Shown: positions 1 to 12,470 of the stretch, one piece after another
How positions within the stretch are numbered: the stretch's first letter is position 1
Layout: each line of letters starts with the position of its first letter
NCBI RefSeq assembly: GCF_044704955.1
Contig: NC_091985.1
Span: forward strand, 215,326,001-215,390,000
DNA from: Pristiophorus japonicus
Lineage: Eukaryota
Reading direction: 5' to 3'
DNA: 64,000 nucleotides
Program-made: the position numbers and the translations under genes
The notes under the pieces: generated by a model
The model's input: only the letters and a program-made list of their open reading frames with translations
Databases searched by the model: none
What the model was told of the DNA's origin: nothing

Positions 1-606
1 GGTGAACGGCCTCTCTCCAGTGTGAGTGCCTTGATGATTCAGCAGATCCCTTGTGCTTTTAAAGCTCTTCTCACAGCCAGAACATTTAAAAGGTCTCTTA
101 TTGGTGTGAATAAGTTGGTGAGACGTGAGGTGGGATAACTGAGTGAATCCCTTCCCACACACGGAGCAGGTGAATGGCCGCTCCCCAATGTGGATTCGCT
201 TGTGCACTGTGAGGTGGGATGACACAGTGAATCCCTTCCCACACACTGAGCAGGTGAACGGCCTCTCCCCAGTGTGAACTCGCTGGAGTCTCACCAGGCG
301 GGATGAGACAGTGAATCCCTTCCCACACACGGAGCAGGTGAACGGCCTCTCCCCAGTGTGAATTCGCTGGTGTTCCGTGAGCGTGGATGACTGCCTGAAT
401 CTCATTCCACAGTGAGAGCAACTGAATGGTCTCTCATCAGTGTGAATCTGCTGGTGTCTCACCAGGTGGTATGACTGAGTGAATCCCTTCCCACACATGG
501 AGCACGTGAATGGCCTCTCCCCAGTGTGAACTCGCTGGTGATTCAGCAAAGTGGATGACTGAGTGAATCCCTTCCCACAGTCCCCACATTCCCACGGTTT
601 CTCCAT
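1..606 (-). CDS. C2H2 zinc-finger array protein, runs off the left window edge
   Basis: Open frame from ATG at 604-606: MEKPWECGDCGKGFTQSSTLLNHQRVHTGERPFTC... Seven fingers with HTGERPF-type linkers and no stop in 202 codons; finger 4 has a His-to-Leu change. Absent from the ORF track because no stop lies in the window. Confidence 0.85.
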   Translation of the reverse strand, partial: MEKPWECGDCGKGFTQSSTLLNHQRVHTGERPFTCSMCGKGFTQSYHLVRHQQIHTDERPFSCSHCGMRFRQSSTLTEHQRIHTGERPFTCSVCGKGFTVSSRLVRLQRVHTGERPFTCSVCGKGFTVSSHLTVHKRIHIGERPFTCSVCGKGFTQLSHLTSHQLIHTNKRPFKCSGCEKSFKSTRDLLNHQGTHTGERPFT

Positions 607-970
<364 letters not shown>

Positions 971-1374
971 CTGTAAAAGGAGTTTACAAAAGTCATCACT
1001 GTAAGTACAGGATAGAAAGTTAGAACAGACAATTCTAATATTTATGGAACATTCTTTCCTCTCTTGTTCCCCAAAACATGTGGTCCAATCAAACAAATAG
1101 CAGAAAAAATAAGCAACAAAGTCACAACAATAGCAAAGGGAACCTTCCCAACTAAATCAGGATGTTGTTACCAGTGTCTATGACACACTCTGTATGCTGA
1201 GGCGGAACATATGAAGTGTACCAATGGACACCGCATTCTCCAGGGTCACTCAGACTAGACCGCGGAAGATAGGCAGACAGCCAGAGCAACCACCCACCAT
1301 TGGTCCCCTGGCCATCCTGGACCTACAAATTGCTGTTTTAGCCAGGCCCAAGGGCAGGTCCAGGAGAAGAACCA

Positions 1375-1899
1375 GCAGCTTGTTCACACTGTTCAGAAAC
1401 CATTTAAATGTTCTGACTGTGGGAAGAGCTTTAAAACACCCAGGTAGCTGAAGGGACACCAGCGAGTTCACACTGATGAGGCCATTCAAATGTTCCGACT
1501 GTGGGAAGAGCTTTAAAAGACCCAGGAAGCTGAAGGGACACGAGCGAGTTCACTGAAGGGACACTGGGGAGAGGCCGTTCACCTGCTCCGAATATGGGAA
1601 AGGATTCACTGAGTCATACATGCTGAAGACACCAACTTGTTCACACTGATGAGAGACCCTTTAAATGTTCTGACTGCGGGAAAGCTTTAAAAGCTCCGTG
1701 GAGCTGAAGAGACGCCAGCTCATTCACTGGTGAGAGGCTGTTCACCTGCTCCTTGTGTGGGAAGGGATTCACTTAGTCATCCACCCTCCTGTCACACCAG
1801 CTTGTTCACATGGACGAGAGACCCTTTAAATGTTCTGACTGTGGGCAGTGCTTTAAAAGCTCTAAGAGCCTTAAGAGACACCGGCGTGTTCACACTGAT
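1375..1899 (+). pseudogene. C2H2 zinc-finger pseudogene fragment
   Basis: Repeated FKCSDCGKSFK...HT(G/D)ERPF motifs interrupted by a stop (TAG about 1445) and frameshifts. Confidence 0.8.
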
Positions 1900-2440
1900 C
1901 ATAGAATCCTACAGCACAGAAGGAGGAGCTTCGGCCCTTCATGTCTCTGCTGCCATTTTGAAAGAGCTGTCCAATTTAGTCCCCTACCCCAGCTTTATCC
2001 CCATAACCCTACAATCTTGTCCTCTTCAAGTACATGCTCAATTGCTGTTTGAAAGTTCTTATAGAACCTGATTCCACCATCCTTTCAGATGGTGCATTCC
2101 AGACCTTAACATCCCTCTGTGTGAAAATATTTCCCCGCTAGTTCTTGCGGCAATTATTTTAAATCTGTGACCTTTGGTTACTGACCCTTTTGCCAGAGGA
2201 AACAGTTTCTCCCTACTTGCTCTATCATAACCCCTCCTAACTTTGAATACCTCTATTAGGTCTCACCTTAATCTTATCTGCTCGAAGGGGAACAATCCCA
2301 GCTTCTCCTACTCTCCACATAACTGAAGTCCGTCATCCCTGGTAACATCGTGGTAAAGCTCCTCTGTACCCTCTCCAAGGCCTTGTCATCCTTCCGAAAG
2401 TGTGGTGCCCAGAACTGTACACAAGTCTCCAGCTGAGGCT
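1900..2440 (-). mobile_element. Old CR1 LINE 3' part; the same element appears to resume at about 7520
   Basis: CR1 3' tail and degenerate C-terminal ORF2 coding sequence. Confidence 0.7.
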
Positions 2441-2469
2441 AAAACCGTGCAGCCATACAGAGCCCTGGT

Positions 2470-5400
2470 TAGAAACATAGAAAATAGGTGCAGGAGTAGG
2501 CCATTCGGCCCTTCGAACCTGCACCACCATTCAATAAGATCATAGCTGATCATTCACCTCAGTACCCCTTTCCTGCTTTCTCTCCATACCCCTTGATCTC
2601 TTTAGCCACATCTAAGTCCCTCTTGAATATATCTAACGAACTGGCCTCAACAACTCTGTGGTAGAGAATTCCACAGGTTCACAATTCTGAGTGAAGAAGT
2701 TTCTCCTATCTCGGTCCTAAATGGTTTACCCCTTATCCTTAGACTATGATCCTTGGTTCTGGACTTCCCCAACATCGGGAACATTCTTCCTGCATCTAAC
2801 CTGTCCAGTCCCGTCAGAATTTTATATGTTTCTATGAGATCCCCTCTCATTCTTCTAAACTCCAGTGAATACAGGCCCAATCGATCCAGTCTCTCCTCAT
2901 ATGTCAGTCCTGCCATCCGGGGAATCAGTCTGCAGAACCTTCGCTGCACTCCCTCAATAGCAAGAACATCCTTCCTCAGATTAGGAGACCAAAACTGAAC
3001 ACAATATTCCAGGTGAGACCTCACTCACCAAGGCTCTGTACAACTGCAGCAAGACCTCCCTGCTCCTATACTCAAATCACCTATGAAGGCCAACATGCCA
3101 TTTGCCTTCACCGTCTGCTGTACCTGCATGCCAACTTTCAATGACTAATGCACCTCCCCCTTTCCTAATCTGCCGCCATTCAGATCGTATTCTGCCTTCA
3201 TGTTTTTGCCACCAAAGTGGATAACCTCAAATTTATCCACATTATACTGCATCTGCTATGCATTTGCTCACTCACCTAACCTGTCCAAGTCACCCTGCAG
3301 CATCTTAGCATCCTCCTCACATCTCACACAGCCACCCAGCTTAGTGTCATCTGCAAACTTGGAGATACTCCACTCAATTACTTCATCTAAATCATTGATG
3401 CATTGAATAGCTGTAAATAGCTGGGGTCCCAGCACTGAGCCCTGCGACACCCCACTAATCACTGCCTGCCATTCTGAAAAGGACTTGTTTATCCCGACTC
3501 TCTACTTCCTGTCTGCCAACCAGTTCTCTATCCATGTCAATACATTATCCCCAATACCATGTGCTTTAATTTTGCACACCAATCTCTTGTGTGGGACCTT
3601 GTCAAAAGCCTTTTGAACGTCCAAATACACCACATCCACTGGTTCTCCCTTGTCCACTCTACTAGTTACATCCTCAAAAAATTCCAAAAGATTTGTCAAG
3701 CATGATTTCCCTTTCATAAATCCAACCTGTCACTGCTTTCCAAATGCTCTGCTATTTCATCCTTAATAATTGATTCCAACATTTTCCCCATCACTGAAGT
3801 CAGGCTAACTGGTCTATAATTAGTCCCTTTCTCTCACACTCCCTTTTTAAAAAGTGGTGTTACATTAGCTACCCTCCAGTACATAGGAACCGATCCAGAG
3901 TCGATAGAATGTTGAAAAATGATCACCAATGCATTCATTATTTCTAGGGCCACTTCCTTAAGTACTCTGAGATGCAGGCACTGGAGATTTATCAGCCTTC
4001 AATCCCATCAATTTCCCTAACACAATTTCCAGACTAATAAGGATTTCCTTCAGTTCCTACTTCTCACCAGACCCCCGGTCCTCTAGTATCTCCAGAAGAT
4101 TATTTGTGTCTTCCTTCGTGAAGACAGAACCAAAATATTTGTTCAATTGGTCTGCCATTTCTTTGTTCCCCATTATAAATTCACCTGATTCTGACTGCAA
4201 GGAACCTTCGTTTGTCTTCACTAATCGTTTTCTCTTCACATATCTATAGAAGCTTTTGCAGTCAGATTTTATGTTCCCAGCAAGCTTCCTCTCAAACTAT
4301 TTTACCCCTCCTAATTAGACCCTTTGTCCTCCTCTGCTGAATTATAAAATTCTCCCAGTCCTCAGGTTTGCTGCTTTTTCTGGCCAATTTATATGCCTCT
4401 TCCTTGGATTTAACACTATCCTTAATTTTCCTTGTTTGCCACGGTTGAGCCACCTTCCCCATTTTATTTTTACTCCAGACAGGGATGTACAATTGTTGAA
4501 GTTCATCCATGTGATCTTTAAATGTTTGCCATTGCCTATCCGCCATCAATCCCTTAAGTATCATTCGCCAGTCTATTCTAGCCAATTCACGTCTCATACC
4601 ATCAAAGTTAGAGAGTCGGAATAAACGGGTCCTTTTCAGAATGGCAGGCAGTGACTAGTGGAGTGCCGCAGGGCTCAGTGCTGGGACCCCAGCTCTTTAC
4701 AATATACATTAACGATTTAGATGAAGGAATTGAGTGTAATAGCTCAGAGTTTGCGGGTGACACTAAGCTGGGTGGCGGTGTGAGCTGTGAGGAGGACGGC
4801 AAGAGGCCGCAGGGTGACTTGGACAGGTTAGGTGAGTGGGCAAATGCATGGCAGATGCAGTATAATGTGGATAAATGTGACGTTATCCATTTTGGGGGCA
4901 AAAACACGAAGGCAGAATATTATCTGGATGGTGGCAGATTAGGAAAAGGGGAGTTGCAACGAGACCTGGGTGTCATGGTTCATCAGTCACTGAAAGTGGG
5001 CATGCAGGTACAGCAGGCGGTGAAGAAGGCAAATGGCATGTTGGCCTTCATAGCTAGGGGATTTGAGTATAGGAGCAGGGAGGTCTTACTGCAATTGTAC
5101 AGGGCCTTAGTGAGGCCTCACCTGGAATATTGTGTACAGTTTTGGTCTCCTAATCTGAGGAAGGATGTTCTTGCTGTTGAGGGAGTGCAGCGAAGGTTCA
5201 CCAGACTTATTCCAGGGATGGCTGGACTGTCATATGAGGAGAGACTGGATCAACTGGGCCTTTATTCACTGGAGTTTAGAAGGATGAGAGGGGATCTCAT
5301 AGAAACATATAAGATCCTGACGGGACTGGACAGGTTAGATGCGGGAAGAATGTTCCCGATGTTGGGGGCGTCCAGAACCAGGGGACATAGCCTTAGGATA

Positions 5401-7350
5401 AGGGGTAGGCCATTTAGGACTGAGATGAGTAGAAACTTCTTCATTCAGAGAGTTGTTAACCTATGTAATTCCCTGCCGCAGTGAGTTGTTGATGCCAGTT
5501 CATTGGATATATTCAAGAGGGAGTTAGATATGGCCCTTACGGCTAAGGGGATCAAGGGGTATGGAGAGAAAGCAGGAAAGGGGTACTGAAGGAATAATCA
5601 GCCATGATCTTATTGAATGGCGGTGGAGGCTCGAAGGGCCGAATGGCCTACTCCTACATCTATTTTCTATGTTTCTATGTTACCTTTCCTTAAGTTCAGG
5701 ACCTTCATCTCTGAATTAACTGTGTCACTCTCTATCTTAATAAAGAATTCTACCATATTATGATCACACTTTCCCAAGCGGCCTCGCACATCAAGATTGC
5801 TAATTAGTCCTTTCTCATTACACATCACCCAGTATAGGATGGCCAGCCCTCTAGTTGGTTCCTCGACATATTGGTCTAGAGAACCATCCCTAATACACTC
5901 CAGGAAATCCTCCTCCACCGTATTGCTACCAGTTTAGTTTGCCCAAGCTATATGTAGATTAAAGTCGCCCATGATAACTGCTGTACCTTTTTTTGCACGC
6001 ATCCCTAATTTCTTGTTTAATGCTGGCCCCAACCTTACTTCTACTGTTTGCTGGTCTGTACACAACTCCCACTAGCGTTTTCTGTCCTTTGCTATTCCGC
6101 AGCTCCACCCATACAGATTCTACATCATCCAAGCTAATGTCTTTCCTTACTATTGCGTTAACTTCCTCTTTACCAGCAAAGCTATCCCACCACCTTTTCC
6201 TTTCTGTCTATCCTTCCTAAATGTTGAATACCCCTGGATGTTGAGTTCCCAGCCATGGTCACCCTGGAGCCATGTCTCCGTGATGCCAAATATATCATAT
6301 TCATTAATTTCTGCCTGTGCAGTTAATTCATCCTCCTTATTATGAATACTCCTCGCATTGAGGCACAGATCCTTCAAGCTTGTCTTTTTAAACACACTTT
6401 GCCCCTTTAGAATTTTGCTGTAATGTGGCCCTTTTTGATTTTTGCCTTGGGTTTCTCTGCCCTCCACTTTTACTTTTCTTCTTTCTATCTTTTGCTTCTG
6501 CCCCCATTCTACTTCCCTCTATCTCCCTGCATAGGTTCCCATCCCCCTGCCATATTAGTTTAACCCCTCCCCAACAGCACTAGCAAACACTCCCCCAAGG
6601 ACATTGGTTCTGATCTTGCCCAGGTGCAGACCATCCTGTTTGTAATGGTCCCACCTCCCCCAGAACCGGTTCCAATGTCCCAGGAATTTGAATCCCTCCC
6701 TTCTGCACCACTCCTCAAGCCACATACTCATCTTCGCTATCCTGCGATTCCTCCTCTGACTAGCATGTGGCACTGGTAGCAATCCTGAGATTACTACCTT
6801 TGAGGTCCTACTTTTTAAATTTAACTCCTAGCTCCTTCACCTTGTAGGACCTCATCCCGCTTTTTACCTGTATCGTTGGTACCTATATGCACCACGACAA
6901 CTGGCTGTTCACCCTCCCCCTCCAAAATGTCCTGCAACCGCTCCGAGACATCCTTGACCCTTGCACCAGGGAGGCAACATTCCATCCTGGAGTCTCGATT
7001 GCGGCCGCAGAAACGTCTATCTATTCCCCTTACAATAGAATCACCTCCCACTATAGCTCTCCCACTCTTTTTCCTGCCCTCCTGTGCAGCAGAGCCACCC
7101 ACGGTGCCTTGGACTTGGCTGCTGCTGCCCTCCCTGGATGAGTCGCCCCCCCAACAGTACCCAAAACGGTGTATCTGTTTTGGAGGGGGATGACCGCAGG
7201 GGACCCCAGCACTACCTTCCTTCCGCTGCTCTTCCTGTTGGTCTACCATTCCCTATCTGTCTGTGTCACCTTTACCTGCAGTAAGACCAACTCACTAAAC
7301 GTGCTATTCACGGCATCCTCAGCATCATGGATGCTCCAGAGTGAATCCAG
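2470..7350 (-). mobile_element. Near full-length degenerate CR1 LINE, interrupted by a nested CR1
   Basis: ORF1 SGNH-esterase motifs (GDS, HIGTND, DGLHL) at 6555-7250. ORF2 fragments: APE endonuclease (LNARSI, GITETWL) and RT (QGSVLGP, FADD). TTTCTATGTTTCTA tail at 2470. Confidence 0.92.
4611..5678 (+). mobile_element. 5'-truncated CR1 nested in the opposite orientation inside the previous CR1
   Basis: 277-aa RT/C-terminal ORF 4651-5484 and a CR1 tail. GTTA flanks both sides (4607-4610, 5679-5682) and the host sequence rejoins cleanly. Confidence 0.92.
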
Positions 7351-8200
7351 GTGATGCTAGATCAATTGTTAAATCTGAGATTGATAATTTATTTTTTTAA
7401 AACCATCATGGGATATGAACCAAAGATGGGTGTGCAGTTAGGTCGCAGATCAGCCCTGATCTCATTGAATGATAGAACAGGCTTGAGGGGCTGAATAGCC
7501 TACTCCTGTCCTATGATCCTAACTAGTGATTTGTAAATGTTTAGTGTAACTTCCATTGTATTCAATGGCCCTATTTGTAAAGCCAAGTACCTCATATGCT
7601 TTCTGAACTGCCTTACCAACTTGTCGTTGCACTTTCAACGATTTGTGAATATGCACCCTCAGGTCCCTCTGTCTTGAACCCCCTCAAAATATTGCCAGTT
7701 AGATTATACTGTTATCCATGTTGTTTCTCCAAAAGTGCATCACTTCACACTTATCCGCATTTTATTGCATCTGCCATGTGTCTGACCATTTCACCATTCT
7801 GTCTATGTCCTCCTGACGTCTGCTACTATCATGCTCACGATTTACAATGTTGCCAAGTTTTGTTTCATCCGTAAACTTCAAAATTGTACACCCAAACCCA
7901 AGTCCAGGTCATTTATATATCACAGATAGATAGATTTTTAACCAATAAGGGAATTAAGGGTTACGGGGACCGGCCGCATAAGTGGAGCTGAGTCCACGGC
8001 CAGATCAGCCATGATCTTATTGAATGGCGGAGCAGGCTCGAGGGGCTAGATGGCCTACTCCTCTTCCTAATTCTTATGTTCTTATAACAAGAAAAGCGAT
8101 GGTGCTAATACGAACCCCTGGGAACCCCACCACATACTTCCCTCCAGTCAGAAACATATCCATTCAGCCTCCTATGCATTAGCCAATTATATACTCAAAT
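7351..8200. mobile_element. Mosaic of short CR1 3' ends (+) and older CR1 RT fragments (-)
   Basis: Two GGCTCGAGGGGCTGAATGGCCTACTCC-type tails at about 7480 and 8035, within degenerate RT sequence. Confidence 0.7.
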
Positions 8201-8451
8201 TACCAGCATCCAGGCCCAGCGGGAGATCGAGAGCCAGCGGCAGTTGGTGAGAGGCGGGAGCGGCCTATAAAAGGCGTGCTTGTGCAGCTACAGCGGGAGA
8301 GAAAGCAAAATAGAAGTAGAAAGGAATCAAAAGGTGACGTCACAGCCAATGGGGTAAGTGATTGGTGAGTAGCTTTTCTTTTTATTTTTTATATCAGTAA
8401 GTGAACAGTAACATTGTTATTACCAATTTAAGGGTATCTAAGGGTTAAGTC

Positions 8452-9418
8452 ATGGCAGGAGAGATCGGTCACGTGATATGCTCCTCCTGTACCATGTGGG
8501 AACTCAGGGACACTTCCGGTGTCCCTGACGACCACGTGTGAGAGAAGTGTGGCCGCCTCGAGCTCCTGACGGTCCGCGTTGTGGAATTGGAGCTGAGGGT
8601 GGATTCACTCTGGAGCATCCACGATGCTGAGAATGACGTGAGTATCACGTGTAGTGAGTTGGTCTTATCGCAGGAGAAGGGTCCACAGCCAGATAGAGAA
8701 TGGAAGACCAGCAGGAAGAGCACTGCAAGGAAGGTAGTGCAGGGGTCCCCTGTGGTCATCCCCCTGCAAAACAGATACACCGCTTTGAGTACTGTTGGGG
8801 GGGGGGGGGGGGGGGGGGAGATGACTCATCAGGGGAGGGCAGCAGCAGCCAAGTTCATGGCACCGTGGCTGCCTCTGCTGCACAGGAGGGCAGGAAAAAG
8901 AGTGGGAGCGCGATAGTGATAGGGGATTCAATGGTGAGGGGAATAGATAGGCGTTTCTGCGGCCGCAACCGAGACTCCAGGATGGTATGTTGCCTCCCTG
9001 GTGCAAGGGTCAAGGATGTCACGGAGCGGGTGCAGGACATTCTGAAATGGGAGGGAGAACAGCCAGTTGTCGTGGTGCACATTGGTACCAACGACATAGG
9101 TAAAAAAAAGGGATGAGGTCCTACGAAATGAATTTAAGGAGCTAGGAGCTAAATTAAAAAGTAGGACCTCAAAAGTAGTAATCTCGGGATTGCTACCAGT
9201 GCCACGTGCTAGTCAGAGTAGGAATCGCAGGATAGCACAGATGAATACATGGCTTGAGCAGTGGTGCAGCAGGGAGGGATTCAAATTCCTGGGGCATTGG
9301 AACCGGTTCTGGGGGAGGTGGGACAAGTACAAACCGGACAGTCTGCACCTGGGCAGGACCGGAACCAATGTCCTAGGGGGAAGTGTTTGCTAGTGCTGTT
9401 GGGGAGGAGTTAAACTAA
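8452..9418 (+). pseudogene. CR1 ORF1 (Cys-rich zinc-binding motif, coiled coil, SGNH esterase), frameshifted
   Basis: MAGEIGHVICSSCTMWE...CEKC, then GDS, HIGTND, DSLHL and a GEELN* end. Frame breaks fall at or near G/A homopolymers. Confidence 0.85.
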
Positions 9419-9655
9419 TATGGCAGGGGGATGGGAACCAATGCAGGGAGACAAAAGCAAAAGACAGAAAGGAGATGAGGAAAAGTGGAGGGCAGAGAAA
9501 CCCAAGGCAAAGAACAAAAAGGGCCACTGTACAGCAAAATTCTAAAAGGACAAAGGGTGTTAAAAAAACAAGCCTGAAGGCTTTGTGTCTTAATGCAAGG
9601 AGTATCCGCAATAAGGTGGATGAATTAACTGCAAATAGATGTTAACAAATATGAT

Positions 9656-12380
9656 GTGATTGGAATTGCGGAGACGTGGCTCCGGGATGGTCAGGGCTGG
9701 GAACTCAACATCCAGGGGTATTCAACATTCAGGAAGGATAGAATAAAAGGAAAAGGAGGTGGGGTAGCATTGCTGGTTAAAGAGGAGATTAATGCAATAG
9801 TTAGGAAAGATATTAGCTTGGATGATGTGGAATCTATATGGGTAGAGCTGCAGAACACCAAAGGGCAAAAAACGTTAGTGGGAGTTGTGTACAGACCTCC
9901 AAACAGTAGTAGTGATGTTGGGGAGGGCATCAAACAGGAAATTAGGGGTGCATGCAATAAAGGTGCAGCAGTTATAATGGGTGACTTTAATATGCACATA
10001 GATTGGGCTAGCCAAACTGGAAGCAATACGGTGGAGGAGGATTTCCTGGAGTGCATAAGGGATGGTTTTCTAGACCAATATGTCGAGGAACCAACTAGGG
10101 GGGAGGCCATCTTAGACTGGGTGTTGTGTAATGAGAAAGGACTAATTAGCAATCTCATTGTGCGAGGCCCCTTGGGGAAGAGTGACCATAATATGGTGGA
10201 ATTCTGCATTGGGATGAAGAATGATACAGTTAATTCAGAAACCATGGTCCAGAACTTAAAGAAGGGTAACTTTGAAGGTATGAGGCGTGAATTGGCTAGG
10301 ATAGATTGGCGAATGATACTTAAGGGGTTGACTGTGGATGGGCAATGGCAGACATTTAGAGACCGCATGGATGAATTACAACAATTGTACATTCCTGTCT
10401 GGCGTAAAAATAAAAAAGGGAAAGTGGCTCAACTGTGGCTATCTAGGGAAATCAGGGATAGTATTAAAGCCAAGGAAGTGGCATACAAATTGGCCAGAAA
10501 TAGCAGCGAACCTGGGGACTGGGAGAAATTTAGAACTCAGCAGAGGAGGACAAAGGGTTTGATTAGGGCAGGGAAAATGGAGTACGAGAAGAAGCTTGCA
10601 GGGAACATTAAGGCGGATTGCAAAAGTTTCTATAGGTATGTAAAGAGAAAAAGGTTAGTAAAGACAAACGTAGGTCCCCTGCAGTCAGAATCAGGGGAAG
10701 TCATAACAGGGAACAAAGAAATGGCAGACCAATTGAACAAGTACTTTAGTTCAGTATTCACTAAGGAGGACACAAACAACCTTCCGGATATAAAAGGGGT
10801 CGGAGGGTCTAATAAGGAGGAGGAACTGAGGGAAATCTTTATTAGTCGGGAAATTGTGTTGGGGAAATTGATGGGATTGAAGGCCGATAAATCCCCAGGG
10901 CCTGATGGACTGCATCCCAGAGTACTTAAGGAGGTGACCTTGGAAATAGCGGATGCATTGAGAGTCATTTTCCAACATTCCATTGACTCTAGATCAGTTC
11001 CTATCGAGTGGAGGATAGCCAATGTAACCCCACTTTTTAAAAAAGGAGGGAGAGAGAAAACAGGGAATTATCGACCGGTCAGCCTGACCTCAGTAGTGGG
11101 TAAAATGATGGAATCAATTATTCAGGATGTCATAGCAGCGCATTTGGAAAATGGTGACATGATAGGTCCAAGTCAGCATGGATTTGTGAAAGGGAAATTA
11201 TGCTTGACAAATCTTCTGGAATTTTTTTGAGGATGTTTCCAGTAAAGTGGACAAAGGAGAACCAGTTGATGTGGTATATTTGGACTTTCAGAAGGCTTTC
11301 GACAAGGTCCCACACAAGAGATTAATGTGCAAAGTTAAAGCACATGGGATTGGGGGTAGTGTGCTGACATGGATTGAGAACTGGTTGTCAGACAGGAAGC
11401 AAAGAGTAGGAGTAAATGGGTACTTTTCAGAATGGCAGGCAGTGACTAGTGGGGTACCGCAAGGTTCTGTGCTGGGGCCCCAGCTGTTTACGTTGTACAT
11501 TAATGATTTAGACGAGGAGATTAAATGTAGTATCTCCAAATTTGCGGATGACACTAAGTTGGGTGGCAGTGTGAGCTGCGAGGAGGATGCTATGAGGCTA
11601 CAGAGTGACTTGGATAGGTTAGGTGAGTGGGCAAATGCATGGCAGATGAAGTATAATGTGGATAAATGTGAGGTTATCCACTTTGGTGGTAAAAACAGAG
11701 AGACAGACTATTATCTGAATGGTGACAGATTAGGAAAAGGGAAGGTGCAACGAGACCTGGGTGTCATGGTACATCAGTCATTGAAGGTTGGCATGCAGGT
11801 ACAGCAAGCGGTTAAGAAAGCAAATGGCATGTTGGCCTTCATAGCGAGGGGATTTGAGTACAGGGGCAGGGAGGTGTTGCTACAGTTGTACAGGGCATTG
11901 GTGAGGCCACACCTGGAGTATTGTGTACAGTTTTGGTCTCCTAACTTGAGGAAGGACATTCTTGCTATTGAGGGAGTGCAGCGAAGATTCACCAGACTGA
12001 TTCCCGGGATGGTGGGACTGACCTATCAAGAAAGACTGGATCAACTGGGCTTGTATTCACTGGAGTTCAGAAGAATGAGAGGGGACCTCATAGAAACGTT
12101 TAAAATTCTGACGGGTTTAGACAGGTTCGATGCAGGAAGGATGTTCCCAATGTTGGGGAAGTCCAGAACCAGGGGTCACAGTCTAAGGATAAGGGGTAAG
12201 CCATTTAGGACCGAGATGAGGAGAAACTTCTTCACCCAGAGAGTGGTGAACCTGTGGAATTCTCTACCACAGAAAGTAGTTGAGGCCAATTCACTAAATA
12301 TATTCAAAAAGGAGTTAGATGAAGTCCTTACTACTCGGGGGATCAAGGGGTATGGCGAGAAAGCAGGAAGGGGGTACTGA
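9656..12380 (+). pseudogene. CR1 ORF2 endonuclease/reverse transcriptase, split by a frameshift at a T-run (about 11222)
   Basis: ORFs of 524 aa (ETWL, GDFN, SDH) and 377 aa (LDFQKAFD, QGSVLGP, FADD). Confidence 0.9.
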
Positions 12381-12470
12381 AATTTCATGTTCAGCCATGA
12401 ACTCATTGAATGGCGGTGCAGGCTAGAAGGGCTGAATGGCCTGCTGCTGCACCTATTTTCTATGTTTCTA

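Larger units (their letters stand above)
8205..12470 (+). mobile_element. Full-length young CR1 LINE
   Basis: 5' UTR, ORF1, ORF2 (APE + RT) and a 3' tail ending TTTCTATGTTTCTA. Confidence 0.95.

Noticed and set aside
9691-12406. Antisense ORFs recurring in CR1 and histone copies
   Set aside because: Shadows of the sense coding frames, repeated only because the elements are repeated.
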